A stretch of DNA of 64,000 bases from Aulosira sp. ZfuVER01 (GCA_034530615.2 JAVRCV020000048.1:51366-115365); one strand, 5' to 3'. Counted from the stretch's first letter, positions 32,679 to 43,206 are shown. The notes: generated by a model from the letters alone, not told the origin. Translations and numbers: made by a program.

Positions 32679-32826
32679 GGGAATAGGTAGATGGAGATTC
32701 GGAACCAAAATTCTAGTTTCTTACTGGAATTGATCGCTAAACTGTTCATAATAAACAGTTTTTTCTTTTTAAATGCTATTTCTCTCGTTTTTCTACAGTA
32801 AGAAATAAATATGCGATCAACTCAGT

Positions 32827-32840
32827 GTAACCTCAGATAC
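32827..32840. promoter_or_regulatory. Putative NtcA box in cphB-cphA intergenic region
   Basis: GTA-ACCTCAGA-TAC. Confidence 0.55.
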
Positions 32841-32849
32841 TCTATTCCG

Positions 32850-33713
32850 TCAGCTGGAGATACGGTGTACAGCGGGCAGTACAGTCCGCTGATACAGGTG
32901 AAAGCGATCGCCATAGCTGAGGATATGCAAACGTAAATTATGTACAGTTAAGGGTTCATTGGCACCTACATGGGGTTCGTTGGTGTGAGTTAACTCCGTG
33001 GGATCAACTATTGTGACGCTACCTTTACCCATAACTTGTAGCCAACCATCGCGCTCGAACACAGCACAAGTATCTTCATCAATACCAATACCTAGGCGAT
33101 CGGGATGCGCGGCGATCGCACTAATTAATCGCCCCATGCGATTACGGTTGTGAAAGTGTTGGTCTACAATCACTTCAGGAATAAATCCTAAACCTGTTGC
33201 CATATCTACCAGAGAACGGTTTGGCGTTTCCCCACTACCGCCGCCAGCAATCATGTGATGCCCCATTACTGCTGCCCCCGCACTAGTACCTGCTAAGGTA
33301 AGTTGCCCTGCCCTCACTCGCTGTCGGACAATTTCCATCACTGGCGTATCTGCCAATACGCCACACAGACGCAATTGATCTCCTCCTGTCAAAAAGACTC
33401 CACTACAGGCTTCCAGGGATGCTTTAATTTGAGGGGCTTCGCACTGTTCCCGTTCGCGAATATCTAAAATTTCAACCTTCTCAGCACCCATTTCTTCAAA
33501 AATCCGAATATACCGACCACCAATGATGGCAGGTTCGCGAGAGGCAGATGGAATAATTGTAATATAGGCCTTGCTAGCACCAGCACGACCAAAAAAAGTT
33601 CTAAGGATATCACGTCCATGAACTTTATCTTCTGCGCCTCCGATAACCAGTACGGCGGTTTTAGTAGCTTGAGGTGTCCTCATTTCCAGCGATTTAGCTT
33701 GTAATTGCGGCAT
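32850..33713 (-). CDS. cphB: Cyanophycinase
   Basis: IGGAEDK, TGGDQLRL, GTSAGA nucleophile motif, DQHF..RNRMGRL, GIDEDT; start taken at MPQLQA. Confidence 0.96.
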   Translation of the reverse strand: MPQLQAKSLEMRTPQATKTAVLVIGGAEDKVHGRDILRTFFGRAGASKAYITIIPSASREPAIIGGRYIRIFEEMGAEKVEILDIREREQCEAPQIKASLEACSGVFLTGGDQLRLCGVLADTPVMEIVRQRVRAGQLTLAGTSAGAAVMGHHMIAGGGSGETPNRSLVDMATGLGFIPEVIVDQHFHNRNRMGRLISAIAAHPDRLGIGIDEDTCAVFERDGWLQVMGKGSVTIVDPTELTHTNEPHVGANEPLTVHNLRLHILSYGDRFHLYQRTVLPAVHRISS

Positions 33714-34148
33714 TGTGTTTCTCCTGTCAACAACTTCAGGTGAATATAACAAGGTTAAGTAGCCTGATTGTTTTTAGCACTTGGCTTTTTGGGGAGGACA
33801 CTTTTTTGCAGTTTTGGATTAGCTATTGCCGCTGCTCCAAATTCTTGCTCGATCCACACGACGCCTCAGCTTTAATATGTCCGTTGTCCTCAAAGCCATC
33901 GCCTTGTTTTTCACCTGTCCACTTTTGCCAGTTGGGCAAAATAGTGCGAAGGGCTAAGTGGGGGCTAGGCTGTGCCCTAGAGTAGGGCAAACAGGTCTTG
34001 ACAAGCTGTATTCTGAGGCTGGCTCGATGCATCCTGGAAGTTGTTAACTTAGTTCAGAATATTAATTTAAATGTAGTTGTGACAATATTTAAACATAAAT
34101 TAAGTAATTAGAAAAACTTTTAATCTCACGCAAGATCTAAGTTTTCTG

Positions 34149-34162
34149 GTACTTTTAGTTAC
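34149..34162. promoter_or_regulatory. Putative NtcA box upstream of cphB, between divergent cphB and trmD
   Basis: GTA-CTTTTAGT-TAC. Confidence 0.5.
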
Positions 34163-34258
34163 TATTGACAAACCTTATCTGTAGTTTTACCAGACATTAG
34201 CTTCTTGTTTTTGCTAGACATACAAATTTAAGATTAGTGTTCTTGAATACGAATAACT

Positions 34259-34984
34259 GTGCGCTTTGATATAGTTACGCTTTTTCCTGACTGTTTTACC
34301 TCGGTTTTGAGTTCTGGATTGCTGGCTAAAGCCTTAGCCAAACAGATTGCTCAAGTCAATCTGGTTAATCCACGGGACTTTACGAATGATAAGCACCGAA
34401 AAGTCGATGATGAACCCTATGGCGGTGGTGTGGGGATGCTGATGAAGCCTGAACCCATTTTTGCCGCGGTGGAGTCGCTGCCGATTCTACCTCAAAGAGA
34501 AGTGATTTTGATGAGTCCGCAAGGAGAAACTATCAATCAACCGCTTTTACGTGAGTTGGCAGAGGGTTATAACCAATTAATCGTCATTTGTGGTCATTAC
34601 GAAGGAGTAGATGAGAGGGTACTGCATTTAGTTACCCGTGAAGTTTCCTTAGGTGATTTTATTCTTACAGGTGGTGAAATACCCGCAATGGCTTTGCTAA
34701 ATGGGGTGGTAAGACTGCTACCTGGAACTGTAGGCAAGGTAGAGTCATTGACAGCAGAGAGTTTTGAGGAAGGTTTGTTGGATTATCCCCAATACACTCG
34801 TCCAGCAAACTTTCGGGGGTGGAAAGTGCCAGATGTCCTACTGTCTGGGAATCATGCAGCAATTGCCAAGTGGCGTTACGAACAACAGATCCAAAGAACA
34901 GGCGATCGCCGTCCCGATTTACTGGAAAAATGGAAGCGGGGAAAGCAGGGGGATGAGGGGGACAAGGGGGACAAGGGAGAATAA
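34259..34984 (+). CDS. trmD: tRNA (guanine37-N1)-methyltransferase
   Basis: VDDEPYGGG.GM, CGHYEGVDER, SLGDFILTGGE, YPQYTRP, LLSGNH. Confidence 0.97.
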   Translation: MRFDIVTLFPDCFTSVLSSGLLAKALAKQIAQVNLVNPRDFTNDKHRKVDDEPYGGGVGMLMKPEPIFAAVESLPILPQREVILMSPQGETINQPLLRELAEGYNQLIVICGHYEGVDERVLHLVTREVSLGDFILTGGEIPAMALLNGVVRLLPGTVGKVESLTAESFEEGLLDYPQYTRPANFRGWKVPDVLLSGNHAAIAKWRYEQQIQRTGDRRPDLLEKWKRGKQGDEGDKGDKGE

Positions 34985-35021
34985 TTAGTATCAATGCCCA
35001 ATAACAAATAACAAATAATAA

Positions 35022-35507
35022 ATGACAAATATACGTATTGGTAACGGCTACGATATTCATCGACTAGTGAGCGATCGCGCTTTAATTTTAGGTGGAGTGA
35101 ATATTCCCCATGAACTGGGTTTGCTGGGTCATAGCGATGCTGATGTCCTGACCCATGCGATTATGGATGCCATGCTGGGGGCACTATCTTTAGGAGATAT
35201 TGGTCATTATTTTCCCCCCACCGATCCCCAATGGTCGGGAGCAGATAGTTTGGTGCTATTAACTCAAGTACACGAGCTAATACGTGATCGCGGTTGGCAA
35301 ATTGGCAATATTGATTCTGTGGTAGTCGCAGAACGACCAAAATTGAAACCTCATATTGAGAAAATGCGCGATAAGCTAGCGGCTGTTTTAGAGTTACAAC
35401 CAAATCAAATTGGCATTAAAGCTACTACCAACGAAAAATTAGGCCCCGTTGGACGGGAAGAAGGCATCTGTGCTTATGCTGTGGTCTTACTGGTAGCTGC
35501 TGATTAA
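35022..35507 (+). CDS. ispF: 2-C-methyl-D-erythritol 2,4-cyclodiphosphate synthase
   Basis: [33 protein letters not shown]. Confidence 0.97.
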   Translation: MTNIRIGNGYDIHRLVSDRALILGGVNIPHELGLLGHSDADVLTHAIMDAMLGALSLGDIGHYFPPTDPQWSGADSLVLLTQVHELIRDRGWQIGNIDSVVVAERPKLKPHIEKMRDKLAAVLELQPNQIGIKATTNEKLGPVGREEGICAYAVVLLVAAD

Positions 35508-35532
35508 ACTCTTTGTTCGTGTATTTATAATC

Positions 35533-37317
35533 ATGAAATTTATTTCTATCTTGTCTACGATTAAACGGTTTTGGTTACTAATAATTGTGAGCATCGCAAC
35601 AGCACTGACAGTTGCTGCTTGTAATCCATCGAATTTTAAAACAACAGCTGCTCAAGTCCCGCAATTAGTAACTAGTATTCTCAGCGATCCTAAAACATTT
35701 AACTTTCCTCTCAGTTCTGAGTCACCCAATATTTTTGGTTTAACTTATGAAGGCTTAATTACTGAAAATTATGAAACTGGTAAAGTTGAACCAGCTTTAG
35801 CAGAATCCTGGGAAATTTCTGATGATAAATTAAAAATTGTTTTTACCCTGCGTGAGAATCTTAAATGGTCTGATGGGCAACCACTTACAGTAGATGATGT
35901 AGTGTTTACCTATAATGACATTTATCTTAATGAAGCAATCCCCACAGATGCTAGAGATGGTATGAGGATTGGTGAAAGTCGCAAGCTACCAACTGTGAGA
36001 AAAATTGATAATCGGCGGGTTGAATTTTCTGTCCCAGAACCCTTTGCTCCATTCCTACGTAGCGCTACCGGATACCCAATTTTACCAGCCCACGCATTGC
36101 GAGAATCAGTCACTACAAAAGACCAAGAAGGTAAACCTAAGTTTCTATCAAAATGGAGTGTGGATACACCACCAAATGAACTAATTGTGAATGGCCCTTT
36201 TAAGCTAGAGCGATACGATACTAGTCAACGTATAGTTTTCCGGCGCAATCCGTACTACTGGCGCAAAGATGCACAAGGAAAAGCCCAGCCTTATATCGAA
36301 AGAATCGTTTGGCAAATTGTCGAATCAACAGATACATCTTTACTACAATTTCGTTCTGGCGGATTAGATACGGTAGGTGTTTCTCCTGAGTACTTTTCGT
36401 TGCTGAAAGTGCAAGAAAAACAAGGTAATTTTAAGATATATAATGGCGGACCCGGAGCGGGAACAACCTTTTTAATCTTTAATTTAAATAAAGGTTCAAG
36501 AGAAGGAAAACCACTAATTGAACCAAAAAAATCACGTTGGTTTAATACTGTAGAATTTCGCCAAGCAGTAGCCTACGCCATTGATCGGCAAACGATGATT
36601 AACAATACGTTTCGCGGCTTAGGTCAACCTCAAGATTCACCTATCTCTGTACAGAGTCCTTATTATCTTTCAGCTAAAGAAGGGCTAAAAACTTATAATT
36701 ATAATCCAGATAAAGCTAGGCAGTTGCTAATAAAAGCGGGATTTAAATATAACGAAAAAAATCAACTAATAGATGCAGAAGGCAACAATGTTCGTTTCAC
36801 TTTGTTGACGAATGCTGGTAACAAGATTCGTGAAGCAATGGGATCGCAAATTAAACGAGATTTGAGCAAGATTGGTATTCAAGTGGATTTTACGCCGCTG
36901 GCATGGAATACTTATACGGACAAGCTTGCTAACACTCTAGATTGGGAAGCTTCTTTGTTAGGCTTAACAGGTGGTTTAGAACCGAATGATGGTGCTAACG
37001 TCTGGTCTCCTGAAGGGGGATTACATATGTTTAATCAAAAACCCCAAGCAGGACAAAAACCAATTCAGGGTTGGCAAGTTGCTTCTTGGGAAGCAGAAAT
37101 TGGTGAACTTTACATCAAAGCAGCAAGGGAGTTAGACGAAGCCAAGCGCAAAGGAATTTATGCTGATACTCAAAGACTCGCTCAGGAATACTTACCATTT
37201 ATTCACTTAGTTAATGCCTATTCGATGTCAGCAGTCCGCAATCGTTTTGAAGGCATTAAATTCTCTGGACTTGGTGGCGCATTCTGGAATATTCATGAAA
37301 TCAAAATTGTAGATTAG
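35533..37317 (+). CDS. ABC transporter substrate-binding lipoprotein, family 5 (peptide/nickel)
   Basis: Lipobox VAAC, PALAESW, WSDGQPLTVDDVVFT, NGPFKL, RNPYYW. Confidence 0.92.
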   Translation: MKFISILSTIKRFWLLIIVSIATALTVAACNPSNFKTTAAQVPQLVTSILSDPKTFNFPLSSESPNIFGLTYEGLITENYETGKVEPALAESWEISDDKLKIVFTLRENLKWSDGQPLTVDDVVFTYNDIYLNEAIPTDARDGMRIGESRKLPTVRKIDNRRVEFSVPEPFAPFLRSATGYPILPAHALRESVTTKDQEGKPKFLSKWSVDTPPNELIVNGPFKLERYDTSQRIVFRRNPYYWRKDAQGKAQPYIERIVWQIVESTDTSLLQFRSGGLDTVGVSPEYFSLLKVQEKQGNFKIYNGGPGAGTTFLIFNLNKGSREGKPLIEPKKSRWFNTVEFRQAVAYAIDRQTMINNTFRGLGQPQDSPISVQSPYYLSAKEGLKTYNYNPDKARQLLIKAGFKYNEKNQLIDAEGNNVRFTLLTNAGNKIREAMGSQIKRDLSKIGIQVDFTPLAWNTYTDKLANTLDWEASLLGLTGGLEPNDGANVWSPEGGLHMFNQKPQAGQKPIQGWQVASWEAEIGELYIKAARELDEAKRKGIYADTQRLAQEYLPFIHLVNAYSMSAVRNRFEGIKFSGLGGAFWNIHEIKIVD

Positions 37318-37433
37318 TCAATGGTAATTAGTTAATCGTCAATGGTTATTGGTCATTGGTTATCGTACAAATGACCAATAACAAATGGCAAAGGACAGAG
37401 GACAAATAACAAATGACAAAGGACTAATTATCA
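37315..37433 (+). repeat. STRR heptamer repeats ((C)AAATGAC/AAAGGAC family) in inverted arrangement
   Basis: gtcaatg/gtcattg units followed by aaatgac caataac aaatggc aaaggac agaggac aaataac aaatgac aaaggac. Confidence 0.8.
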
Positions 37434-38216
37434 ATGACTAGTGAAAAAGCTTTGCGATCGCTCTTAGAATCGGTTGCTCATGGTAAAGTAACCCCAGATA
37501 AGGCATTAAACTCACTCAAAGACTTAGCCTATGAAAGAGTGGGTGATTTTGCCAAAATTGACAACCATCGGGCGCTGAGAACTGGTTTCCCTGAAGTAAT
37601 TTGGGGTTTAGGTAAGACTACTGACCAGATTGTACAAATTATAGAGGTAATGCGTCAGCGCAATCCGGTAGTCATGGCAACTCGGATTGAACCAGCGGTA
37701 TATGCTGCATTGCAATCTAGGGTGAGAGGTTTGCGATACTACGAATTGGCAAGAATTTGTGCAATTACTCCTGCTGAAATCGAACCGCAGTTTGAGGGTG
37801 TTATCGGTATTCTGTCTGCGGGAACGGCTGATTTACCTGTTGCTGAAGAAGCCGCAGTGACAGCAGAACTTTCTGGTTTTCGAGTTCAGCGTCTTTGGGA
37901 TGTTGGGGTTGCAGGTATCCACCGCTTGTTGAGTAACCGCCACTTGATCGAGTCAGCTTCAGTCTTGATTGTCGTAGCAGGGATGGAAGGTGCATTACCT
38001 AGCGTTGTTGCAGGTTTGGCGGATTGTCCTGTAGTGGCTGTCCCCACCAGCATCGGTTATGGCGCAAGTTTTGGCGGGTTAGCACCATTATTGACAATGC
38101 TCAACTCCTGTGCGCCAGGGGTGGGTGTAGTCAATATTGATAATGGCTTTGGCGCAGCAGTGTTAGCAGGACAAATTTTGCGGACAGCTGAGAAATTAAG
38201 AAAATTTGAGGGGTAA
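37434..38216 (+). CDS. larB: LarB/CpmA family (PurE-like) protein
   Basis: RTGFPEVIWG.GKT, AGTADLPVAEEA, DVGVAGIHRL, AGMEGALPS, PTSIGYG, NIDNGFGA. Confidence 0.92.
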   Translation: MTSEKALRSLLESVAHGKVTPDKALNSLKDLAYERVGDFAKIDNHRALRTGFPEVIWGLGKTTDQIVQIIEVMRQRNPVVMATRIEPAVYAALQSRVRGLRYYELARICAITPAEIEPQFEGVIGILSAGTADLPVAEEAAVTAELSGFRVQRLWDVGVAGIHRLLSNRHLIESASVLIVVAGMEGALPSVVAGLADCPVVAVPTSIGYGASFGGLAPLLTMLNSCAPGVGVVNIDNGFGAAVLAGQILRTAEKLRKFEG

Positions 38217-38360
38217 TTTTTTGTCATTGGGTATTGCCCAATAGGCAAGAGTCATTTTTTATTTCTCCCTCATCCTCCTTGTCCCCCATTCCCCTTTCCC
38301 TTCACTGGACATTACCTGCAAGTAAAGGTTATGACATAAAAATCTTTCAGGTTACTAAGT

Positions 38361-38564
38361 ATGAACTACTTCAGCGATTTGCTATCTGAGTTATTTTGGC
38401 ATTCGCCTGTAACTTCATTGTTAGCTCAATACGTTCACGATCCCAACGTTATGGGGCAGATTCAGCAGGGGTGGCAGCACTTTGTCAAGACAGGTCAAAT
38501 TTGGGCAATGTTAATTGGTTTAATAATTGGCTATATGCTTCGTACTCTAACTAGCTACGGTTAA
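38361..38564 (+). CDS. Small hypothetical membrane protein (67 aa)
   Basis: ATG start, amphipathic WQHFVKTGQIW followed by hydrophobic AMLIGLIIGY. Confidence 0.75.
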   Translation: MNYFSDLLSELFWHSPVTSLLAQYVHDPNVMGQIQQGWQHFVKTGQIWAMLIGLIIGYMLRTLTSYG

Positions 38565-38686
38565 GGTAATTTTAGATTTTAGATTTTGCGAAAAGTCGGA
38601 GCGCCGGAAGCCGGCGATCTGAACTTTTCAAGATGGATTTTAGATTCATCCAAAATCTAAAATTGATTGGCCCACTTTAAAAATTT

Positions 38687-40081
38687 ATGACCGAACAAAA
38701 AACTTGGAGTCAGCGGTTTGAATCAGCGTTGCATCCAGCGATCGCTTGTTTTAATGCCAGTATAAGTTTTGACATTGCATTAATCGAATATGACCTCACT
38801 GGCTCTCAAGCCCATGCGAAAATGCTGGCTCACACTGGCATCATTTCCACCGAAGAAGGAGAACAACTAGTTACCGGCTTAGAACAAATTCGCCAGGAAT
38901 ATCGCCAAGGAAAATTTCAGCCTGGTATTGATGCGGAAGATGTCCACTTTGCAGTGGAACGCCGATTGACAGAAATTGTTGGTGATGTTGGTAAAAAGCT
39001 GCATACTGCGCGATCGCGTAATGACCAAGTAGGCACTGATACTAGACTTTATCTCCGCGACCAAATTCAACAAATCAAGAGCCAATTACGCGAATTTCAA
39101 ACTGTTTTACTAGATATAGCCGAAAAAAACGTTGAAACTCTGATTCCTGGCTATACCCACCTGCAACGCGCCCAACCCCTGAGTTTAGCTCATCATCTCT
39201 TGGCGTACTTTAGTATGGCGCAACGCGACTGGGAACGTCTGGGAGATGTTGATCGCAGAGTTAATATTTCTCCCTTGGGCTGTGGTGCTTTGGCAGGAAC
39301 AACTTTTCCTATCGATCGCCACTACACCGCCGAACTCTTAGGGTTTGAGAGTATTTATGCTAACAGCTTGGATGGAGTGAGCGATCGCGATTTTGCGATT
39401 GAATTTCTCTGTGCGGCTAGTCTAATAATGGTTCACCTCAGCCGGTTCTCAGAAGAGGTAATTCTTTGGTCATCTGAGGAATTCCGTTTTGTTACCCTTA
39501 AAGATACCTGTGCCACAGGTTCCAGCATCATGCCCCAAAAGAAAAACCCCGATGTCCCAGAACTTGTACGGGGAAAAACAGGGCGTGTATTTGGTCATCT
39601 GCAAGCGATGTTGGTAATTATGAAAGGGCTACCCTTGGCATATAACAAAGATTTGCAAGAAGACAAAGAAGGTCTATTTGACAGCGTCAACACAGTAAAA
39701 GCCTGCCTAGAAGCAATGACAATTTTGCTGCGAGAAGGATTAGAATTTCGTCCCCAGCGCTTGGCAGAAGCAGTCACAGAAGACTTTTCTAATGCTACAG
39801 ACGTAGCAGATTATTTAGCAGCAAAAGGTGTCCCCTTCCGAGAAGCTTATAACCTCGTGGGTAAGGTGGTAAAAACCAGTATTGCCGCAGGTAAACTTCT
39901 CAAAGATTTGAAATTAGAAGAGTGGCAACAAATTCATCCAGCATTTGCAGCCGATATTTATGAGGCAATATCTCCTCGTCAAGTCGTTGCAGCCCGTAAT
40001 AGTTACGGTGGTACTGGCTTTGTACAAGTACGCAATGCGATTCTGGCTGCCCGCACTCAAATTGCTGAACTGAAAGCCTAA
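38687..40081 (+). CDS. argH: Argininosuccinate lyase
   Basis: [45 protein letters not shown]. Confidence 0.97.
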   Translation: MTEQKTWSQRFESALHPAIACFNASISFDIALIEYDLTGSQAHAKMLAHTGIISTEEGEQLVTGLEQIRQEYRQGKFQPGIDAEDVHFAVERRLTEIVGDVGKKLHTARSRNDQVGTDTRLYLRDQIQQIKSQLREFQTVLLDIAEKNVETLIPGYTHLQRAQPLSLAHHLLAYFSMAQRDWERLGDVDRRVNISPLGCGALAGTTFPIDRHYTAELLGFESIYANSLDGVSDRDFAIEFLCAASLIMVHLSRFSEEVILWSSEEFRFVTLKDTCATGSSIMPQKKNPDVPELVRGKTGRVFGHLQAMLVIMKGLPLAYNKDLQEDKEGLFDSVNTVKACLEAMTILLREGLEFRPQRLAEAVTEDFSNATDVADYLAAKGVPFREAYNLVGKVVKTSIAAGKLLKDLKLEEWQQIHPAFAADIYEAISPRQVVAARNSYGGTGFVQVRNAILAARTQIAELKA

Positions 40082-40242
40082 CAGCTTGGGAATGAAAGGC
40101 AAGAGGGAATGTGAAGGGGGAGAAGGAGTATGAGGAAGCAGGGGAAGCAAAGGAGTGAGGGAAAAAACTATAAATGATTTTTCGATTTTTCCCTATTGCC
40201 TTTTGACCTTTGACTCTTGACAAATCCCCAATAAATTAAATA

Positions 40243-40267
40243 AGGGCGTACAGATTTTGTACGCCCT
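40243..40267. terminator. Hairpin between convergent argH and small basic protein gene
   Basis: AGGGCGTACA-GATTT-TGTACGCCCT. Confidence 0.6.
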
Positions 40268-40309
40268 GAAAAATCAAAAATTCAACGAGTAAGGATTTTA
40301 TTTGATGGC

Positions 40310-40474
40310 TTACTCAGCATCAATTGCTGCTGCGCCTTCATCTTCTTCACTCTTAGGAGGTCTTTGTTGGAACCTTCTCTGCATTCTTCCTGTAGTAGTT
40401 CGTTTACGAAACTTTCTGGCATATGCCTGGTTCCGTAGCGCCTTTTCTTTTTTCGGGTTACGGCGCTTAGCCAT
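40310..40474 (-). CDS. Small, very basic protein (54 aa)
   Basis: MAKRRNPKKEKALRNQAYARKFRKR..., GAGGTG RBS just before ATG 40474. Confidence 0.85.
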   Translation of the reverse strand: MAKRRNPKKEKALRNQAYARKFRKRTTTGRMQRRFQQRPPKSEEDEGAAAIDAE

Positions 40475-41380
40475 GTTCACCTCATTAATAAACAACAAAA
40501 AAGAGCTACTAGGCAATATCAGCTACCGTTGTTATTGATATATTTTTAGCCTAGTCTAGCTATCAGACAGTTTGAACAACGTACAATTATAACGTCTTTT
40601 TATTTGTAATGTCAATATATATATTGAATAATTTTATTGTTAATTAGCAGCTTTGAGCAAATCATCTGTTATGGATATTGCACAAGGGGTAAGGATTGGC
40701 TTTAATGTTTTTGTGTATTTACTATATAAGCATATATCGTGAATAGAGGAACTGCGGATTGGAAATTGGCAAATGCAGAATTCTAAAAATAGAGATTTTT
40801 ATTCCCTGCGTTTAGGCAACCGTGTGGTTGTTTATTCTAAAAATAGAACAGAAGGAAAGCAATTTTTGAATCTTTTTCGTGCGTTATACTTTATAGGCAT
40901 CTCTGACAGAAAAACAATTTTATCAAAAATAAATCCATAGATGAACGCAGTTATTTATTGCTGTCAATGTTTTATCTGAAATAATAAATAATGCTTTTGT
41001 ATTATTATTCAAATTAAGTATTAAACTCTGTGTGATTTTGGATATATCCCTCAAACCATGAATATCGGTTAACTCTAGAAATCCTTATGGTATAAGAGAT
41101 ACTGTAAATTTAAATTCAGAGTATTCCCTAAATATCTAAAATATTTATTTGTAAATATATAAATAAATTTTATCAGTTTAATTAAACAGTAAAATTAGGA
41201 ATTAGCTTGTAAATTTACTGGAATTCGTTACTGTAATTAATATTTTGCAATAGTTACCAATATCTTAAATTACTCTACAAACTGATTGATAAAGGCTTTA
41301 AATCTTAAATCTATAGTCTCAAGTTGCTATTATACACATACTAAGTAAAAGTTAAAAAAGCTAATTAATCAGTTTTCTTT

Positions 41381-41422
41381 GTATAAAGATATACGCTAAT
41401 TTATTATAGCTGATGGTAAGAT
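41381..41422 (+). promoter_or_regulatory. Canonical NtcA-activated promoter (GTA-N8-TAC-N22-TAN3T)
   Basis: GTA-TAAAGATA-TAC at 41381-41394, exactly 22 nt, then TAAGAT at 41417-41422. Confidence 0.65.
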
Positions 41423-41560
41423 TGAGATATTCTAATGAAGTGTTAGAATAAAATTCCAAACTACTAATATAAATGTATAATTAATAACTTAATACATTAG
41501 TATTTAGACATCTATGTTAAGTAGTAAGGATATATAGAACACAACCCAAACATTTTTAGA

Positions 41561-42055
41561 TTGAACGTTCTTGCTTTTTTTACGATAGCTGTAAAGTCCA
41601 CACGTAGCTTATGGCGGTTTGGACAAACGGTATTGGGTATAATATTTCGTCATCCCATTACTGGCACCAGCATCATCCCGATTTTACCTGATGGTCGGAT
41701 TGTGCTGATTCGGCGTAGTGACAATGGTCGCTGGTCACTACCTGGAGGTATGGTGGACTGGGGAGAAGATATTCCAACTACAGTCCGCCGAGAGTTGCAG
41801 GAGGAAACTGGATTAGAATTGGTGCAAATCCGGCGTTTGGTGGGGGTTTATTCTTCCCCGAACCGCGATCCCAGAATTCATTCAATTTGTATTGCTGTGG
41901 AAGCAGAAGTAAAAGGAACAATGGAGATTTACGATACATTGGAAGTCATAGACATCCAAGCGTTCTCTCCTAACTCCCTACCTTCAGAACCAATGTCTCA
42001 CGACCACTCTCAGCAGTTGCAAGACTATTTAAATGGCTTGACAACATTGGCATAA
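41561..42055 (+). CDS. NUDIX hydrolase
   Basis: PGGMVDWGEDIPTTVRRELQEETGL, RDPR; TTG start uncertain. Confidence 0.9.
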   Translation: MNVLAFFTIAVKSTRSLWRFGQTVLGIIFRHPITGTSIIPILPDGRIVLIRRSDNGRWSLPGGMVDWGEDIPTTVRRELQEETGLELVQIRRLVGVYSSPNRDPRIHSICIAVEAEVKGTMEIYDTLEVIDIQAFSPNSLPSEPMSHDHSQQLQDYLNGLTTLA

Positions 42056-42298
42056 CAATATTTTGTTCGTCATTAGTCATTAGTCTTGTGCTTAAATTCT
42101 GTTTCTCGTAAATCATGACTATTAACTATTGACTAACTATGCTAAAACTTAAAGCGGTTTAAGGTTGAGTGTAAGACAAATTTTTGTGCTGGAACAAGGG
42201 GTAACGGCCACTATTCAACGGTTGTCTGTTCCCAATTTTCAGATGTCAAAATTCATCTACATCACCCACTGAAAATTGCTATAACTCTTAAAATTCAG

Positions 42299-43126
42299 AT
42301 GGATACGCTATTTCATAACTCCCGGAGAAAACTCTCGCAAGGGCTATTATTCTGGCGCGAAGCTGGTAAAGGAACTCCGGTAATTTTGTTACATGGTGCT
42401 TGGAACGATAGCAGTCAATGGGTATCAGCGATCGATTCTTTGTCTTGTAATTTCCATTGCTTTGCACCAGATTTATTAGGATTTGGTGAATCTGAAAATC
42501 CTAATATCCACTACTCAATTGATTTACAAGTGGAGTGTCTAGCTGAGTTTTTGCAAGCTTTGAAGCTAGAAAAAGTATATTTAGTAGGACATTCTCTTGG
42601 CGGGTGGATTGCGGCTAGCTATGCTTTAAAGTATCCAGAACAAGTGAATGGTTTAGTTTTGCTTTCACCAGAGGGTGTAGAAATAGCAGGACAGGAAAAG
42701 TATTGGCAAAAGATGCAGCGGTTAGTTAAATATTCACCGTTGATATTTAAACTCTTAAAACTGCTTCGTCCCTTAACTAAAATTCTGGGTTTGCAAACAA
42801 AAATTCAAGAATATTTGCAGCCACGTAAGTTGATTTTACAATATCCTACAGCCTGCCAGTTATTGTTTCAAAGACAACAGCCAGAGTTAGAAGCAGAATT
42901 ACTGCAAAACCGATTACATCTGATAGAAGTCCCAACTTTAATCTTACAAGGTGGTAAAGATACACCAGATGCTATAACCAAAAGTCAAACTTATGCTCAA
43001 CTTATTCCTAAAGTCGAGTTTAAAATGATGTCTCACGCGGGAAACGATATCCTAGAATCTTGTGTTGGGGTTGTCACTGAAGATATTCAGGAATATATCA
43101 AAGAAAGGTGTTCTTGGGTGATATAG
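42299..43126 (+). CDS. Alpha/beta-fold hydrolase
   Basis: LLHGAW, APDLLGFGES, GHSLGG nucleophile elbow. Confidence 0.9.
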   Translation: MDTLFHNSRRKLSQGLLFWREAGKGTPVILLHGAWNDSSQWVSAIDSLSCNFHCFAPDLLGFGESENPNIHYSIDLQVECLAEFLQALKLEKVYLVGHSLGGWIAASYALKYPEQVNGLVLLSPEGVEIAGQEKYWQKMQRLVKYSPLIFKLLKLLRPLTKILGLQTKIQEYLQPRKLILQYPTACQLLFQRQQPELEAELLQNRLHLIEVPTLILQGGKDTPDAITKSQTYAQLIPKVEFKMMSHAGNDILESCVGVVTEDIQEYIKERCSWVI

Positions 43127-43206
43127 ATTCCTCGGAATAGAGTAGAAATTTCCCAGGAAATGGTATTCTTCTTTGGTACATCCAGCCATTTTCTACCCAT
43201 TTTCCA

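Noticed and set aside
34259..35507. trmD-ispF fusion or readthrough
   Set aside because: Different frames, with a stop codon and STRR spacer between them.
37434..38216. Lactate racemase system linking larB with ldhA
   Set aside because: The genes are about 20 kb apart, larA/C/E are not in the window, and lone larB/cpmA is common in cyanobacteria.
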